Position numbers and translations under genes: made by a program. Positions 11,676 through 24,860 of a DNA stretch of 64,000 bases are shown piece by piece. This stretch comes from Lama guanicoe (taxonomy: Eukaryota), in NCBI GenBank assembly GCA_013239625.1, contig MU056737.1, positions 4,481,846-4,545,845 of the forward strand, in the 5' to 3' direction. Position 1 is the first letter of the stretch; each line of letters begins with the position of its first letter. Below the pieces are notes generated by a model. The model did not search any database. It was not told the origin of the DNA and worked only from the letters and a program-made list of their open reading frames with translations.

Positions 11676-13644
11676 CCCCCCCCCCCGAGCCCCCTGTGCG
11701 CCCAAACTCTGTGCCAAAAACTTGAAAGCAGCTCATCAGGCACGTTCCAATCACGCCAGGGAAGTCACAAAAATAAGTGATGTGAACTCCCACCTGGTCA
11801 AGGATTTAGCTCAGGGAAAGCCCTGCCAAGGCTTGAACACTTGGCAGTTCAAGTCCTAAGCGGACTGGAGCACGAATGATTAATCTCCACCTTGGCCAGC
11901 ACATCACAGAAAGTAGAAGCAGCTCCCGTTAGAACGGCAGAAAGTCAACCTAACTGAACGCTCACTTTGGGGCAAAAGTGTTTCTCACTAGTGTCCCCTT
12001 GGCCTGACACTGGAGGGAGGGTCTGCTCGGTTCCAATGTGGAGCCTCTGCTCGTGGCCACCAGCCTCCAAAGGACGTCCTGGAAACCCTCGCGGAGACCT
12101 TCCGGCGCCGCCTGCAGTGACTGCGTCCAGACTGGGGCTGTGGGAGGCATGTCCACGTGTGTCCAGCACCGTCCAGCACCGAGTTCCCAGGGACACGGTC
12201 CCTCCCCTCCCCTCCAGGGGCTGGCGCTCGGTCCTGCTGTCACCGGGACGCGCGCAAACACGCCCTCGGGAAGCCGCCTCCCGCCGCGTCTCTCACGGTC
12301 TGCTCAGAGGAACGGTCCGTGCAGGGCAGGGGCGGCCACCGCAGGTGGCTTCCTCCCCGACGGTGACTTGCCGACGGGCAGACCAAGGTCTTGTGAGGAG
12401 AGGGAGCCTCTGGGAATCTGCCTGTGCACATCACATGGTGGTTGCTATGGAAATTTGTTCTAAGAATTCATCTTTAAAGGGAGAAACAGACAAGCACGGG
12501 ACAGGCACCATGGCCTCACTCCGTGAGATGCCGGAAAGCACCCACCGCCAAAGAGGAGTCCGTTATTTTACAGAAAAGGGTCTAATAAGAAAGCCAACGT
12601 TTATGGCCGCATGTTAAGTGACACACGCAGAGGCAGACTCGCGCCCGTGTCTGGACCGGAGTTACTCAAGCACTCCGTCCACAGCACAACGCAGCGCAAG
12701 GGGCACGAGGGCCAAGCAGGCGTCGTGCTGACCGTGCGGCCGAGGGGCTGACCTGCGGGCTTCCCGGAGCTGGGGTCTCTAACCGGGAGGGGCGCCGACA
12801 GCCCAGCTGGGAGGAGGGGGTCCCGGATGGAGGGCCTTGGCAGGGAGGGGTGCTGCGCCCTCGGGCTCGTTGGCGCTCTGCACCGTCACCCGCAAGGTGC
12901 CTGCCAGGCGGCAGCTCTGGTGCCGGCGGCTCGCCCCGTCACGGGGCCGGGGGACCGTGTGAGGCCCGCAGTTCGAGGAGCCCCGCCTCGGCTGAGACAT
13001 CTGTGTAGGAACCCTGGGACTTGGGAAGTCCCCAGCGTTTGAAGTCCTCTTGGGATTTTAAGGAAACCATTAGAATAACAGGCAGAAGCTGCACTTCAGG
13101 AATGAAACACAGTAAATGACAAGACAACACTGGCGCAGACCCACTCTCAGGACAGGCTCCCTGAGCAGGAAGGCTCGGAGCTCCTGGACGTAAGACGTCC
13201 GAGCCGGCTGGCTTTGCCAAGACAGGAAGTCAGGAAGCGGGCTGACAGCTCTGAATGAGAAAATGTGCTGAGCGAAACGTGGGCCCTGCAGGGCCCGGTC
13301 CACGGCGTGAGGGGTGACTGAGGCAGGACAGGGGAGCGGGGTTCAGGCTGGAGGAGTGTCTGTCCCTGCCCTGAGCCCACCCAGGACAGGGACAGCGAGT
13401 GGGAACGGCCCCTACCGGCCGGCCGTGATGGCTGGAGGACGCGTGTGCCAGCTGGGCCAGCTGCTGGACGGGCAGCGGGCAGACTGCCCGGCCCTGGGGC
13501 TCGGTCCCTCACCTCACAGGTCAACATGAACTGAGGAAGGGACGGAGCGACTCCGGCTGTGGGGTCTCAAATGTCGCGGCTTCACGTCGGCCACAGGAGG
13601 GGCCTGTCCTGACTGCCCGGTCCGAGACCCTGTGCATTTAAAAG

Positions 13645-13755
13645 GCCCGGACTGAGTGGCAGGAGAGGTGGGCTGGGGCTCAGCTCTGCATGGAAGCTGC
13701 GTGGCCCTGGGCAAGTCGCCGGGCCTCTCTGAGCCTTCCACGCAGAGTTGGGGGG
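13645..13755 (+). mobile_element. MIR SINE fragment
   Basis: ctcagctctgcatggaagctgcgtggccctgggcaagtcgccgggcctctctgagcct matches the MIR core. Confidence 0.6.
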
Positions 13756-16700
13756 CCAGGTGGAGAGGCCGTGGGGCGGGGGTGGGGCTGCTCGCGTGTG
13801 TTTGGATTTGTAGTTCGTCTCAGATTTGAATCTGCCATCCTCCGGCTCACACGAGGGCTGGTGGGTTTATAGGAACTGAGTGCACTAATCTCCCTTCATC
13901 AGCCCTGATGGCAGGGCCCAGGGAACAGCACCTCTACGGGGCTCAAGAAACCCCCTCCAGGCTGTGCTCCCAGCACCTCCCTTGAAGGGGTCAGGACGGA
14001 ACCCCGCCTTGCGCTCAGATGCCAGCCCCTGGCTCCACCCGACCTCGGGCAGCAGAGCAGGGACAGGGCCCAGGCACGGCGTGCAGGCGTGCACGTGTGT
14101 CTGTGTGTGTGCACAGAGGGGAGACGGAAACAGAGACGGAGCAAGAGGACGGAGAGACGGAAGACTTTCGGCTGCGTGGGGAGGGTCCTGGTGGAGCGGG
14201 GACGCTGGTCGGGGTGGTCGGGGGATTCGACCCGGAATTACACTCACTTCAACCCGTGTTGTTCATCCAGGCCCCGTGAAAATGCCTGTATCTCCAGGAA
14301 GAAGGGGGGTTAGGGTGGGAGGGATACACGGAGAAGTAGGTCACAGAAAGGGTGAAGTCTCAGTGCAGAAACGGGACAGGCTGGGGGCGGTGCGCCGCCC
14401 GCCACCTGCATACACCGGGGCGAATTCCAGGCGGGCACACGCGGCATCATTGCCTGCAGGTGGTTGAACACAGCGGTCAAAAGGCTTTCACACCTAAGTG
14501 ACGATTTAGTGCTTCTGGAGAAGCAAGTGTTAAGGCCTTTGGTTAAAAAGGCACCTTTCAGAAGACGGACTCGAGGCCAAGGCAGGAAGGAATCTGCTCA
14601 AAGACACACATGGTAGAGACGAGACGGACTGCTCGTTTGAAGTGTGTTATTCTCACCACATCCTGTGATTTCATCTCTCTTCCTAAAAATAAGCGTTTCG
14701 CGTGCTGGTGCGGATGTACAGCGACGGGGTCGTGTGGACAATGTTACGCCCCACGTGACGCCTTTCTCTGCTGGTGTCTTTTTGGCTCTGACCCTCGTAC
14801 CGCCGCCCCACTCCCGGGGCCGGCCCGCCCCCCCATCTCCAGGAGGCAGCCATCCCTGAGGCTTCTGGGGTTTGTCTGACCACAAGTTTGTTTCCAGGTG
14901 GAGAACTGCTCTCTGCAGCTTTTTCTGAACATGAGACGAAGTTCTGCCACCAGGCTGGGCATGAGGGGCTCTGAGGCCGTCCCAGGCCCCAGTTTCAGCG
15001 AGTCACAGTTTATCATTCTGACTGCATTCAACTCAAATGACGCGACGTGACCGTGGACGACCTTCCCTCGGCTGGCGTGGAAGCGTGTTCAGCCGGTGCG
15101 GCACGACACTGTCCCAGGGAACTGTCTCTTCCTGTTCAACTGAACGTTAGGGGGAAGTTCAGTTTGTGGAGGGACAGTGGGCAGAGCAGCCGTCAATTAA
15201 GACAGGTCTGGGGTTTTCTGTTTACTGTTCTTTACACCTGAGGTTCTGGAGCCGACCTGCTGTCCGCTCTGCAGGACACACCTCTGACCTGCGCCCCTGG
15301 AGGAGGGTGGGAGCCGGCAGACAGTCATCCAGACCGGAGGTCACGTGTGGGGCCAGCCAGGCTCTGCCCTCTGGCAGCATCAGACCCTGGGACCAAACAC
15401 TCTGGCCGATACGACGTGCACATTTTGCTACTTGGTCGCTTAAAGAAACTGGGGTCTGTGACCACACGAGGCGTGACAATCACGAGGACAGCCCCCCCTT
15501 CCGCTCAGGCTGGTCCGGGGAGCCATGCCCGTGGGCTTTGCGGCAAACAGGCTGCAGACCACAGAGGGCTGAACGGTGTTGAGAGTATGAGACTTGGTTT
15601 TTCCTGCTTTGGTGAGAAGATACACCTTTCCGATGGCCGTGCCTGGACCCATCCCGGAGTCGGTCCGATCTGAACGTCCTTGTGTCCTCCGTGGGTGGGA
15701 GAGGCCTGCCTGGGAGGTGCCAGGCGCAAGGAGGGAAGAGACAGGTTTGGATTCGAGATCTGTGTGTTACCCATGCGGCAGGTAGCTGGGCCACGGCAAA
15801 GGAAGATTCGGCCGGAGACTAAATTAGCTTTTCACTCCTGGGTACGAGGGGTCCTTGCTCTCCCAGCCCCAGTTCTGAGCCGTGTGACGTTCCGAGGCTC
15901 CCATGGCCACGCAGGGCCCAGACCACCAGGGACACTGGACTGACCCTGCATTTCTGGATGACCAGCCCAGCCCCCAGGACACAGTCAGGCCTGCGGGACA
16001 GACCTCCCACGGCACTAAACCCATGGGCTGCTTGGCACCAGCAGCGTCACTCCTCTCGCAGCGGCCTCGTGTCAGGACACAGCTTGACGGCAGACAGATG
16101 CGAGCAGGGTTCAGCTTCTGCTCGGGACACGACCAACGGCAAAGGCAGAAACAGTGACCAGCAGGGAACCCTGGGGGGGCGTGCCTCTGGGGTGAGGACA
16201 CACACCGAGGCTGAGAAGCAACCCCAGAACCCACCACGGGAACACAGACACAGCCACGCCAGAGACAGCCCACAGGAGCCCAACCAGACCTGCCAGTCCT
16301 CACGGCCACACGCTGGCCACTAACGGAGGTGACGGAGACATGACCGCTGAGCGCACTGTGGGGTGGGCCTGAGGGCCAGCTGCAGGGGAAGGTCCTGGGG
16401 GCCAGCGGGTGAGATGTGAAGGTCTGCGTGGGAGCTGGTGGCACTGAATCACCGCCAACCCCCTGGCCGCGGCTGGCCCCTGTGGTCACGTCAGGTGTTA
16501 ACCTTGGGGAGCTGGCCGTGCGTACATGGGGATTATTTGCATTATTTCTGCAAGCTTTTTGCTTAAAATAACTGCAAATTCAAAAATGTCTAAGCAAACA
16601 TGAAGTGTGCGTTGACCTACAGAGCACCTTCGTGTAGTAGTCACGCTCCACACCAGGTTCCTGCACGTTACGGGGCCCAAATGAAGCAGAGGGACAGAGG

Positions 16701-17936
16701 GGAGTCTCCATGCTTGTGTCACCGAGCTGCTTCCAACCTCCTCCCAGTACAGGCAGAGACCAGGGCAGGTGTGACCGCCCACTGGACACGGCGTGGCTGG
16801 GCAGAGACCCTAAGCGCTTCCTTGGGTTCTACTTAGAACAGTCCTGTGAGTCTACAAGCGAGAACGAAGTTACTCCTGCCTCAGTGCTCGGGGCTGGCTT
16901 TGGCAATGTAGCACCAGGCAAATGACCACGTTCAGGGATCGTGAGAGATGAGCCCGTGTGTGTCAGGGCCCAAGTGTGCTGCCCAGCCGTCCAGGCTCGT
17001 GGCCTCTTCCCGCTCAGCCCACGTGCCCCCGTCGAGCTGAGACCCAGCGCTGCGCTGTTTTTCCTCCTGTGAGAGCCAGACCGAGGGCTTAGGAACTGTG
17101 TGCACTCTGTGGGGGACAGTAAGACCCCACCAGGGTGGGACGACTGGGCTGGGGTCCCAGAATAGTCGCCCCCGGGCACCAGAGCCCGATCCAGCTTGAC
17201 CTCACCGGAGTGCTTCTTACAACTTACAGTCCCCTTACGTATAAAGCAGTGACTCTGCACGAGCAGCCGTAGTGATTTTAGGCCTTCTGTGCAGGCGCTA
17301 ATCGCATCGGAAAGGTTGGGACTGCGCTGAGAGAAAACTCTGTGTTTCACGGCTTCAGCGCCAGCGGGAGCTTCTGCTGCTGGGTGGAGACATTCCCGGC
17401 ACGCTACAGGACCGGCCCGTCCTGTTCCCCCGTTCCTAGCTCTGGTCAAGCCCAGGTTAACTATAATCTTTCGTCTTTTGCAAACTTGGTCTTTTCAGTA
17501 AGTACGCACACGAGTGGCGCTCAGGACCCCGGGCACCCTGGGGACTTGTGATGACCGCACAGCGGAGCCGGGGCCGTGGGGGCTGGAAACACGGCAGGCG
17601 GCACAGGATGTTTCGTGAGTGCGGAACATTCCACGCGAAGGTGCTGAGGTTCACCACGGACCTGTTTCTATAAAAATGCCACGTTCTCCCCCTGCTCCCG
17701 AATCTGGTAAGTGGGGAGATCCAGGAACTTGAGATCTGACTGCACTTTCTTATGCTGGGATGTCGGAGACGCTGCCAGAAATGCCCAAGACCCTCCCGGG
17801 AAGGGCTGGCCGCGTCCTGCCCTGCCCAGGACTGGGGCGGCGGGTGGCCAGCGGGCCCAACCCTCGCTCCTCCGGGAAAACCAGCACAGAAGGACACCGC
17901 CAAAGCCCCTGCTGCCCCAGGGACCGGCCACAGTAC

Positions 17937-18010
17937 CTTGGTCTGGACCATGCCTGGTCTCTGGTCCCTCAGGTGCTCCAGCGTCGCCGCGATGTCGATC
18001 TCCTTAGCAC
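17937..18010 (-). CDS. PTPRN2: PTPRN2 coding exon (~exon 22), 74 bp: (G)[24 protein letters not shown]
   Basis: Acceptor ...tttgtgtttgttgcag|GT GCT and donor AAG|gtactg. Contains the Q-loop motif RxQRxxMVQT. Confidence 0.97.
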
Positions 18011-21000
18011 CTGCAACAAACACAAACTGGGCTGAGTTCCGACGCAAGGCAGTCCGCGGGCGCTCCCAGGCTGTCCCTCTCCTGATGCCAGGGTCCCTCT
18101 GGGCTAGAGGCCACCTGGAAATGACCCCTGCCAGCCCTCAGCAGGCCGGCCGGCAGTGGCGGTTTCAGTGAGCACGCGGAAAGACAAGCCCAGGCTTGTC
18201 AGCACGAACTCGAGAAAGCTGGGCTGGAAAAGCATTATCAGGCGCCTGTCAGAGACTCGCCGCCAGCTCGCCAACGCCATTAGAGTCTAGGGCGTTCCTC
18301 ATTTTGTTTTTGGTGGCATTTTAAAGAATGTTTTAAACCACAGAAAGCAGTGTATGAGCTTCAATTTTTATTGCCTAGAACTTTTAATTAGGGAAATGAA
18401 AAATGAGGCTGACAAACCTCACACATCTCAACGTTGGCCGTAAGCGCAGAGCTCCCTCCTCCCAGAAGCCAGCGCTCCTAACGCACAGAAAATGCGAGGA
18501 CGCCCGCCGTGTCCACAGGTCAGTCGTGTGGTCGGGAGCCCCCCCTACAGGGGTGCCCACCAGACGTCACGTGATCAGGCGCCAGGGACATAACGCTACC
18601 TGAGTTTTAAAATGTTCCTTTATCGTGAATTCCACATGGATTCTTGGTTTTCCATTTTGCTGGGTCCCCTGGTGGATGGACAGTGAACAGGACAGGCTCC
18701 CCAGTGTCTTATGGTGCAGAGGGGAGCTCCTCCCTCCGCAGCACCATGATGCTGAACGCTGCCGGGCCTGGGAGGGGCGGCACCTCTGCAGGCGGCAGAG
18801 ACCCACATGCCAGACCCCAAGCAGGTGCACGTCGTGTGCAGAACTTCCTCTCTCAGCACCAGACCTATTACCGCCCTGGGTAGAGGACGCCGAGGCTCGC
18901 CCAGGGTGAAGGCTTGTCCCGGTCACACAGAGCAGGTGGCCGCACTCATCGGGCCCGGGTGTGGAAGACAGACCCAGCCAGGCCATCAGAAGTGCTCCAC
19001 CCCTCCCTCTCGCCCCAGCGCACACACTGCTGCCTCAGCTGTCAGCCGAGGAGGGGTGGGGGGAGCCTTACACCTTGGAGGCCACGCCCCGCACTGTCCT
19101 GAGCTTCATCCCGGGGCTGTGGCTTCGCTGGGTGTCCGCTGAGCAGCCAGCGCCGTGTTCCAAGCAGCAGGCTGAGACAGACTTTGGGAGGTGCCGTGGG
19201 GATGTGCGGGTGAGAGTGGGAGGGAAACGGGGGGGACTGCAAACTCTTGTGGGCGGCTGGCGGCCGGGAAGGAAGGCAGACGGTGGGGAGGGCCTGGGGG
19301 AAATACATCCCAACACCATGTTGCATTTGCAGAAGGGGAAACGGGAGAATCTGGCAAGAAGTCGCTCAGGCTGGAGACCAGGGTCTGGGCTGACCCTGCT
19401 CGGCCCTTAGCGCCCGGAGGCTGTGGGTCAGCCTGGGCTCCACAGATCTCAGCCCGCTGCGCTTCCAGACAGCGAACGTGTCCTCCTGTGCAGGGCATCG
19501 CCTGGTGCCCCCGGCTGTTCAGTCAGAGCCTTTCTAGGAAGGGGAAGAATCTCGCTTTGGGAACAGCAGACGCCCTGGGCAGCTCAGCCGTCGGGGACCC
19601 CGCGACCCTTGTCCAGGCCGAGACGTGGTGACAGCGCTTTTGCTGCCATTTAATTTCACGTGTGACGCTGCCCAGCTGTGGGCGGGGCGCAGACTGCCCC
19701 ACGGGAGGTCCCGGGTGGGTGCGGAGCTCGCTCGTGAGGACCCAGCGGCGGCGTGTTTACTCCACGACGCGTGGAACGCGTTAGGTGCTCAGTGAACCCG
19801 ACTCTGCGGATCCTGCGGCCAGAGCCCTCCCTCGGAGCCGCCCTGCCCCCCAGCCGGGGTCCCCACTGCTCCGTGGGCCCCAGGAGGACGGGGCGTGCAG
19901 TGGGGCGTCTGAGCCACCGGACGGCGAAGAGCCTAGACCTTCCAAATGAAGTACTGGGGGTCCCTGTGGGATACGGACCTGAAGACCCTGTCTTTTTAAC
20001 CTTGTTCACGGCCCGGTTTCTCAGTCTCTGAAACTGGCTTAAAAACTCAACGGCCGTTTTCCTCTGAAGGGCAAGTCTGAACTCCACAACCAGCAGTCGA
20101 GTCCCAAACACCCCTGGTCCTTCCTCGGGGGCCCGGGATGACCGTGTGGGGTCCTGCCTGGGGCCACGGCCGCTCCCGGCGCTGGGCCTGGAAGGGCAGC
20201 CACGCGGGGAGGTGGTCCTGCTAGCGGGACCCTGGGGTCGGGTGCTACGGACACGTGGCTCTCGTTTCACTGCCATGTGACTTCGGACGTCTGTTGTGAG
20301 GGAAGCGGGAAAAAAGGGAGGAAGTCTCATTAGGTTTTCCCCGGACAAGGCACTTAAACCTGAGACGCCGCAGGGATGGCATCTCAGAACCACGCTTCGC
20401 CTGAAGCCAAGACTGAACGGTGGAGGAAATCAAATTAATGCTTAAAAAACGTACAGCCCTGAAAACAGAGAAGCACCGGATTTATCACGTGAACCAACTG
20501 TCGGATGCGGACGACTAACGTCTCCCTGCGTGCTCGGGTTACGAATAATTAATTATCTGAAGCGTGTGCAGAGGCAGCAGTTTTCACAGAACGCACGCGC
20601 GCGGTCTCTTCTGTGGGGGAGGCATGGTGCTGCGCCCCCTTCAGCCACCCTGAGCCTCACAGCAACCTCGACCTCGTGGAACGTGAAACACACGATCCGT
20701 TTATAAAATGGAGTGTCGGGGTTGGGAGGGAGGGGGAGGGGTACGCGTCCTCCGTCACTTTATAAAAGGCTTTACTGAAGGTAAAAGGATTTATTTAAAT
20801 CCCCCAAGATCCGGAACCTCCCCTCTAGCGTATTTAAAATGGAATCCTCTCTTTGAAAATCCCGTTTTACCAAAAAGATGTCAAGTTCCAGGTGGACAGG
20901 CAGCTTGGGTGCGGCGCTCAGGTCGAAGGGCACGTGGAATGTAGAAGAATCAATTTAACAGGCAAACCAAAGCCAGAGGCCAGAGGGCAGAGGGCAGCAG

Positions 21001-23559
21001 GACAGCCCTCACAGCCCAGGCCGGGACGTGCGGGGTGTGACCCCGGGGAGAGGTGGCCGCGAAGTGTCAGCACTGTGCTGATGGGAGAGGAATGCGTACC
21101 TACGTGCATCATTCTGGGCTTGGTGAAAGCTGGTGAGTCCATGAACAGATGTCCGGGATGGAGGCAGCCTGTGCGGCTGGTGTCCCGAGAGGGGACGGCC
21201 CGGTGCACCCCGTACCCGCTCAGCACACCCGAGCACCCTCGGCCGTGGTTTCCAAACACGCTCAGGGGTCATGGGTTTCCAAGGTCACATACTGGTGAGA
21301 CACTCTTAAGACAACAGAGGCTTTTTAGCTTTAGATTCAAAAGTATTAACCGTTAAACAAGAAACGTGAAAAGAACGCTGGTATTGAAATATCGCAACTG
21401 TTCTGTACGATGTGAGAAGCAATTTGAAGCGAAAGAAAGCCAAGCATATGTGCCTCTTTACAAGGTCTGCTCTGATCTCTCCTGGGCTGGCTGGCTGGCT
21501 GGCTGAGGGAGTCCTGGATTCGCCGGGTGGCGGGGGCGCCACCTCCTGCCCGGGGACCGCGGCCACGGCCAGGAAGACGGTCCTCGCCAGGCTCTCCACT
21601 CTCTCTTTAGCCGACGCCCAGTAACCATCAAGCAATAGACAGAAACATGTTTTGTTGCAGACTTTTTACCCAGGAGATCTTGCAAATTGCAGGGGTTCCA
21701 AGTTTCCTTTTTCCTTCGGTGTGAAAAGGACGTTACGTGCCAGGTGCACGAGAGAGAAAGGCCTTTATTTTGCAGGAGGAAACGGCCTCGATTCCACCCC
21801 TGGGAAGAAAAGAGGAGACGCTCTGCTTCTATCTAAAGACACTCGAAGGACAAAGGGAAAAACGGTGACAATTACGAATCTGAGAACGGAGTAGAACCCC
21901 TCCCACGCCCAGGAGGGCGGAGCTGTTTGGCCGCTGGCGCTGGGAGTCTGCTGTCTTCGGTGGAGCTCCGTTCTGGACGGGAGGGCTGGACGTGAAGGGC
22001 AGGGGTGGGCGGAATCCACACCCTCATGGGCAGAACCTCCCCCACATCGGGCCGGGCGGATTCACAGCCAGAGCTCTCTCTGGGTCAACAGGACGACTGA
22101 GCCTTGAGTCAAGTGACCGTGAGTCAGGGAGGCTCCGGGGCACCAGTCAGAGAGCTGCCCTGGTCCAGCCTCCGGGGGTCAGTGCCTCCCCCAGGCCTTA
22201 AGCCCGCGCGGTGTCTGTGCACAGGGGCACACGCAGGGGCACGCGCACACATGGTCCTGGTCGCCTGTGCCCGACAGGGTTCCCTTCATGTCTCTGGATG
22301 CTCTCGGTCAACTCAGGATTTATCAGAATTGCAACCAGGAAGGTTTTTTGCTGGCTTTCTGGATTAAATTAGAATCTCTCCGCAAAGTTTCACTGGGATC
22401 CAAGGAGACAAATGGGCCTTCTAATCACTTGAAAATCAAAAAAATCAAGTGTATCAGGACCCGGACACAAGAGGCGTTTTTCATGCTTTTTTGAAGAACA
22501 AATGCAAAGTCACTTTACAGGAGAAACTGGGATGCCTCCAAATCTATAAAAAATACGAGTTAAGCAAAGTAGGCCCCTGTACTGCCTCTTTAAATTCACT
22601 GTCCGTCAGTACTCCGGGAGAGCGGGGAACGCAGAGCCGTGTGCTGGTAGTTTTCTGTCACGTGCTGGGACTCCTGGCGGCATCGAGCTGAGAGCTGGAC
22701 CTGTGCCCACAGGCACTCGGCCACACAAGGAGGGCGCTAGGAAGGGACGCCTGTGGATGGAGTGCAGGCCGTGACCATCCCGAGGGCCGAGTGTCTCCCG
22801 AGCACCCTGCTCAGACCACGGTCCGCTGCCCCGTGAAAGCAGGCACTGCAGGCGCGGAGCGCGAATGAGGCGCAGATGCAGTGACGCCTTGATGGGGGCG
22901 CGGACGGCATCACGGCGCCACCCCACGACAGGGTGCCGCCGGCGAGCCTGGACGTGCCCGGGGCCTCGGCTGCAGGCCTTACGAGCCGGCGGCGTGTGGG
23001 CTGCCCCGCGACGTGTGACTGCAGGGGCCCACTGAGCCGTGAAGGATCCGGCAAGGTTCAGGAGGGCAGAGGGGCTTGGATGACGTACCCCCGTTTCACC
23101 AGGAGACGACACGTTTGGGTCTCTGCCTCACGGAGCCAAGTGTTGGAGTAAATGAGCTGCCAGGTCCCCTTTGGCGAACGGTCTACGATCTACATGGTGT
23201 GCCTGGTGGGGGCAAACACACCCCAGACCCTGGCGCCCCCAGGGCCCCCATGGTGCATGCCACCCCACAAGCTACCAGCTGCAGACACGGTCTGTTTCTC
23301 TGCACAGAGTGTAAACCCCAGGAGGACAGGACTTTCCCTGTCTTGTTGGCCATGTGGTCCCGACACCCAGACAAGGTGCCCAGTAAATACCAGGTAGAAA
23401 TAGTGCTTCCGTGGCCTAGTCTAAGATCTGCCAGAGGAGGTACGGGACTGAGGTGGCGGCCAAGATGGACAGCAGGACCTGCGGGAGGAGAAAGGGGCTG
23501 GGGGCCAGAGTGCACGTGCCACACCCAGACCCGTGCCAGGACCTGCGTCCTGCAGGAAA

Positions 23560-23783
23560 NNNNNNNNNNNNNNNNNNNNNNNNNNNNNNNNNNNNNNNNN
23601 NNNNNNNNNNNNNNNNNNNNNNNNNNNNNNNNNNNNNNNNNNNNNNNNNNNNNNNNNNNNNNNNNNNNNNNNNNNNNNNNNNNNNNNNNNNNNNNNNNNN
23701 NNNNNNNNNNNNNNNNNNNNNNNNNNNNNNNNNNNNNNNNNNNNNNNNNNNNNNNNNNNNNNNNNNNNNNNNNNNNNNNNNNN
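23560..23783. other. Assembly gap (224 N)
   Basis: N run. Confidence 0.99.
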
Positions 23784-24109
23784 GGCTCCTGGGGCCCTTC
23801 TCTTTGAGACATCCCACTGACCACCAGGTGCAGAAGAGATGGGGACAGAACCGGGCGGGGACACTGGTCTAGAGGCAGAGGCCTGGGCACACCTTCACCT
23901 CTGTTCCCTCGAGCGGAGCGCCCAGTGCAACTTACTGCCTTGGATGTGCTCTCCACCTGCACTGCCCATCTGGCAGCCCGTGCGCACCTGCGGCTCCAGG
24001 GCACAGGGCACGTGGCTGGTGTTTCAACCTTAACTCACGGAAGCTGCCACGTGTGGCTAGTCAGGTCCGGGGTAGTAGTGCTGGCTTTCAAAGGTTCAGT
24101 GAGCCAATG

Positions 24110-24860
24110 AAATATTACCTCTCCCCGGATGGGAGAAAATATTTGCAAGTCACACCTCTGAAAAGGGTCTGATAGTCCCAATATTTAAAGAACTCCTTCC
24201 ACTCAATGACAGCAAACAAACAGCTCGATTAAAAAATGGGCAAAGAGCCTGAACAGACCCTTCTCCAAAGGAAACATCCAACGGTCCACAAACACAGGAA
24301 AAGAAGCTCAACATCTCTCGTCTTTAAGAAAATGCAATCCTAAACCACAGTGAGACGCTGCCCCACACCCGCGAGGGCTACTACCCAAACCCAGAGAACC
24401 ACACGTGCCGCAGCGGCTGTGGGGCGGCAAGCTGGAGCGCTGCTGGCGGGCGTGTACAATGGGGCAGCTGCTGTGAGAGACGGTCTGGAGGCTCCTCGAA
24501 AACTGAACACAGGACCACCACGTGATCCAGCAGTTCTGCTCTAGGAACACCCATGACCCTGGAAAATCGGAAGCAGAAACTCAGAGATACCTGCACACCC
24601 GTGGTCGCAGCACCATTATTTCCGCAGTTGAAAGCTGGAAGCAATGCACCTTATCCGTCCATCCATCGACAGAGGGATAAGTGAAATGTGGTCCACACAT
24701 GCGACGGGATGTCGTTCAGCACCAACAAGGAAGGGATCCTGACGCCTGTGGCAACACGGATGGACCTCGAGGACGTGATGCTCGGTGACGTAAGCCAGGC
24801 ACAGAAGGACAGGTGATGTGTGGTTCCACTCCTGTGAGGCCCTGCGGTCGTCGGATCCAC
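24110..24860 (+). mobile_element. L1 fragment (ORF2 3' end into 3'UTR, L1M-type)
   Basis: atgggagaaaatatttgcaa...aagaactcct...attaaaaaatgggcaaagagcctgaacagac...aaatgcaatcctaaaccacagtgaga...gatccagcagttctgctctagg...tggacctcgaggacgtgatgctcggtgacgtaagccaggcacagaaggaca is typical L1 3' sequence. Confidence 0.88.

Noticed and set aside
11389-11690. Poly-C and poly-T runs giving poly-Pro/Gly/Phe ORFs
   Set aside because: Low-quality sequence next to an assembly gap; probably artefactual or simple repeat.
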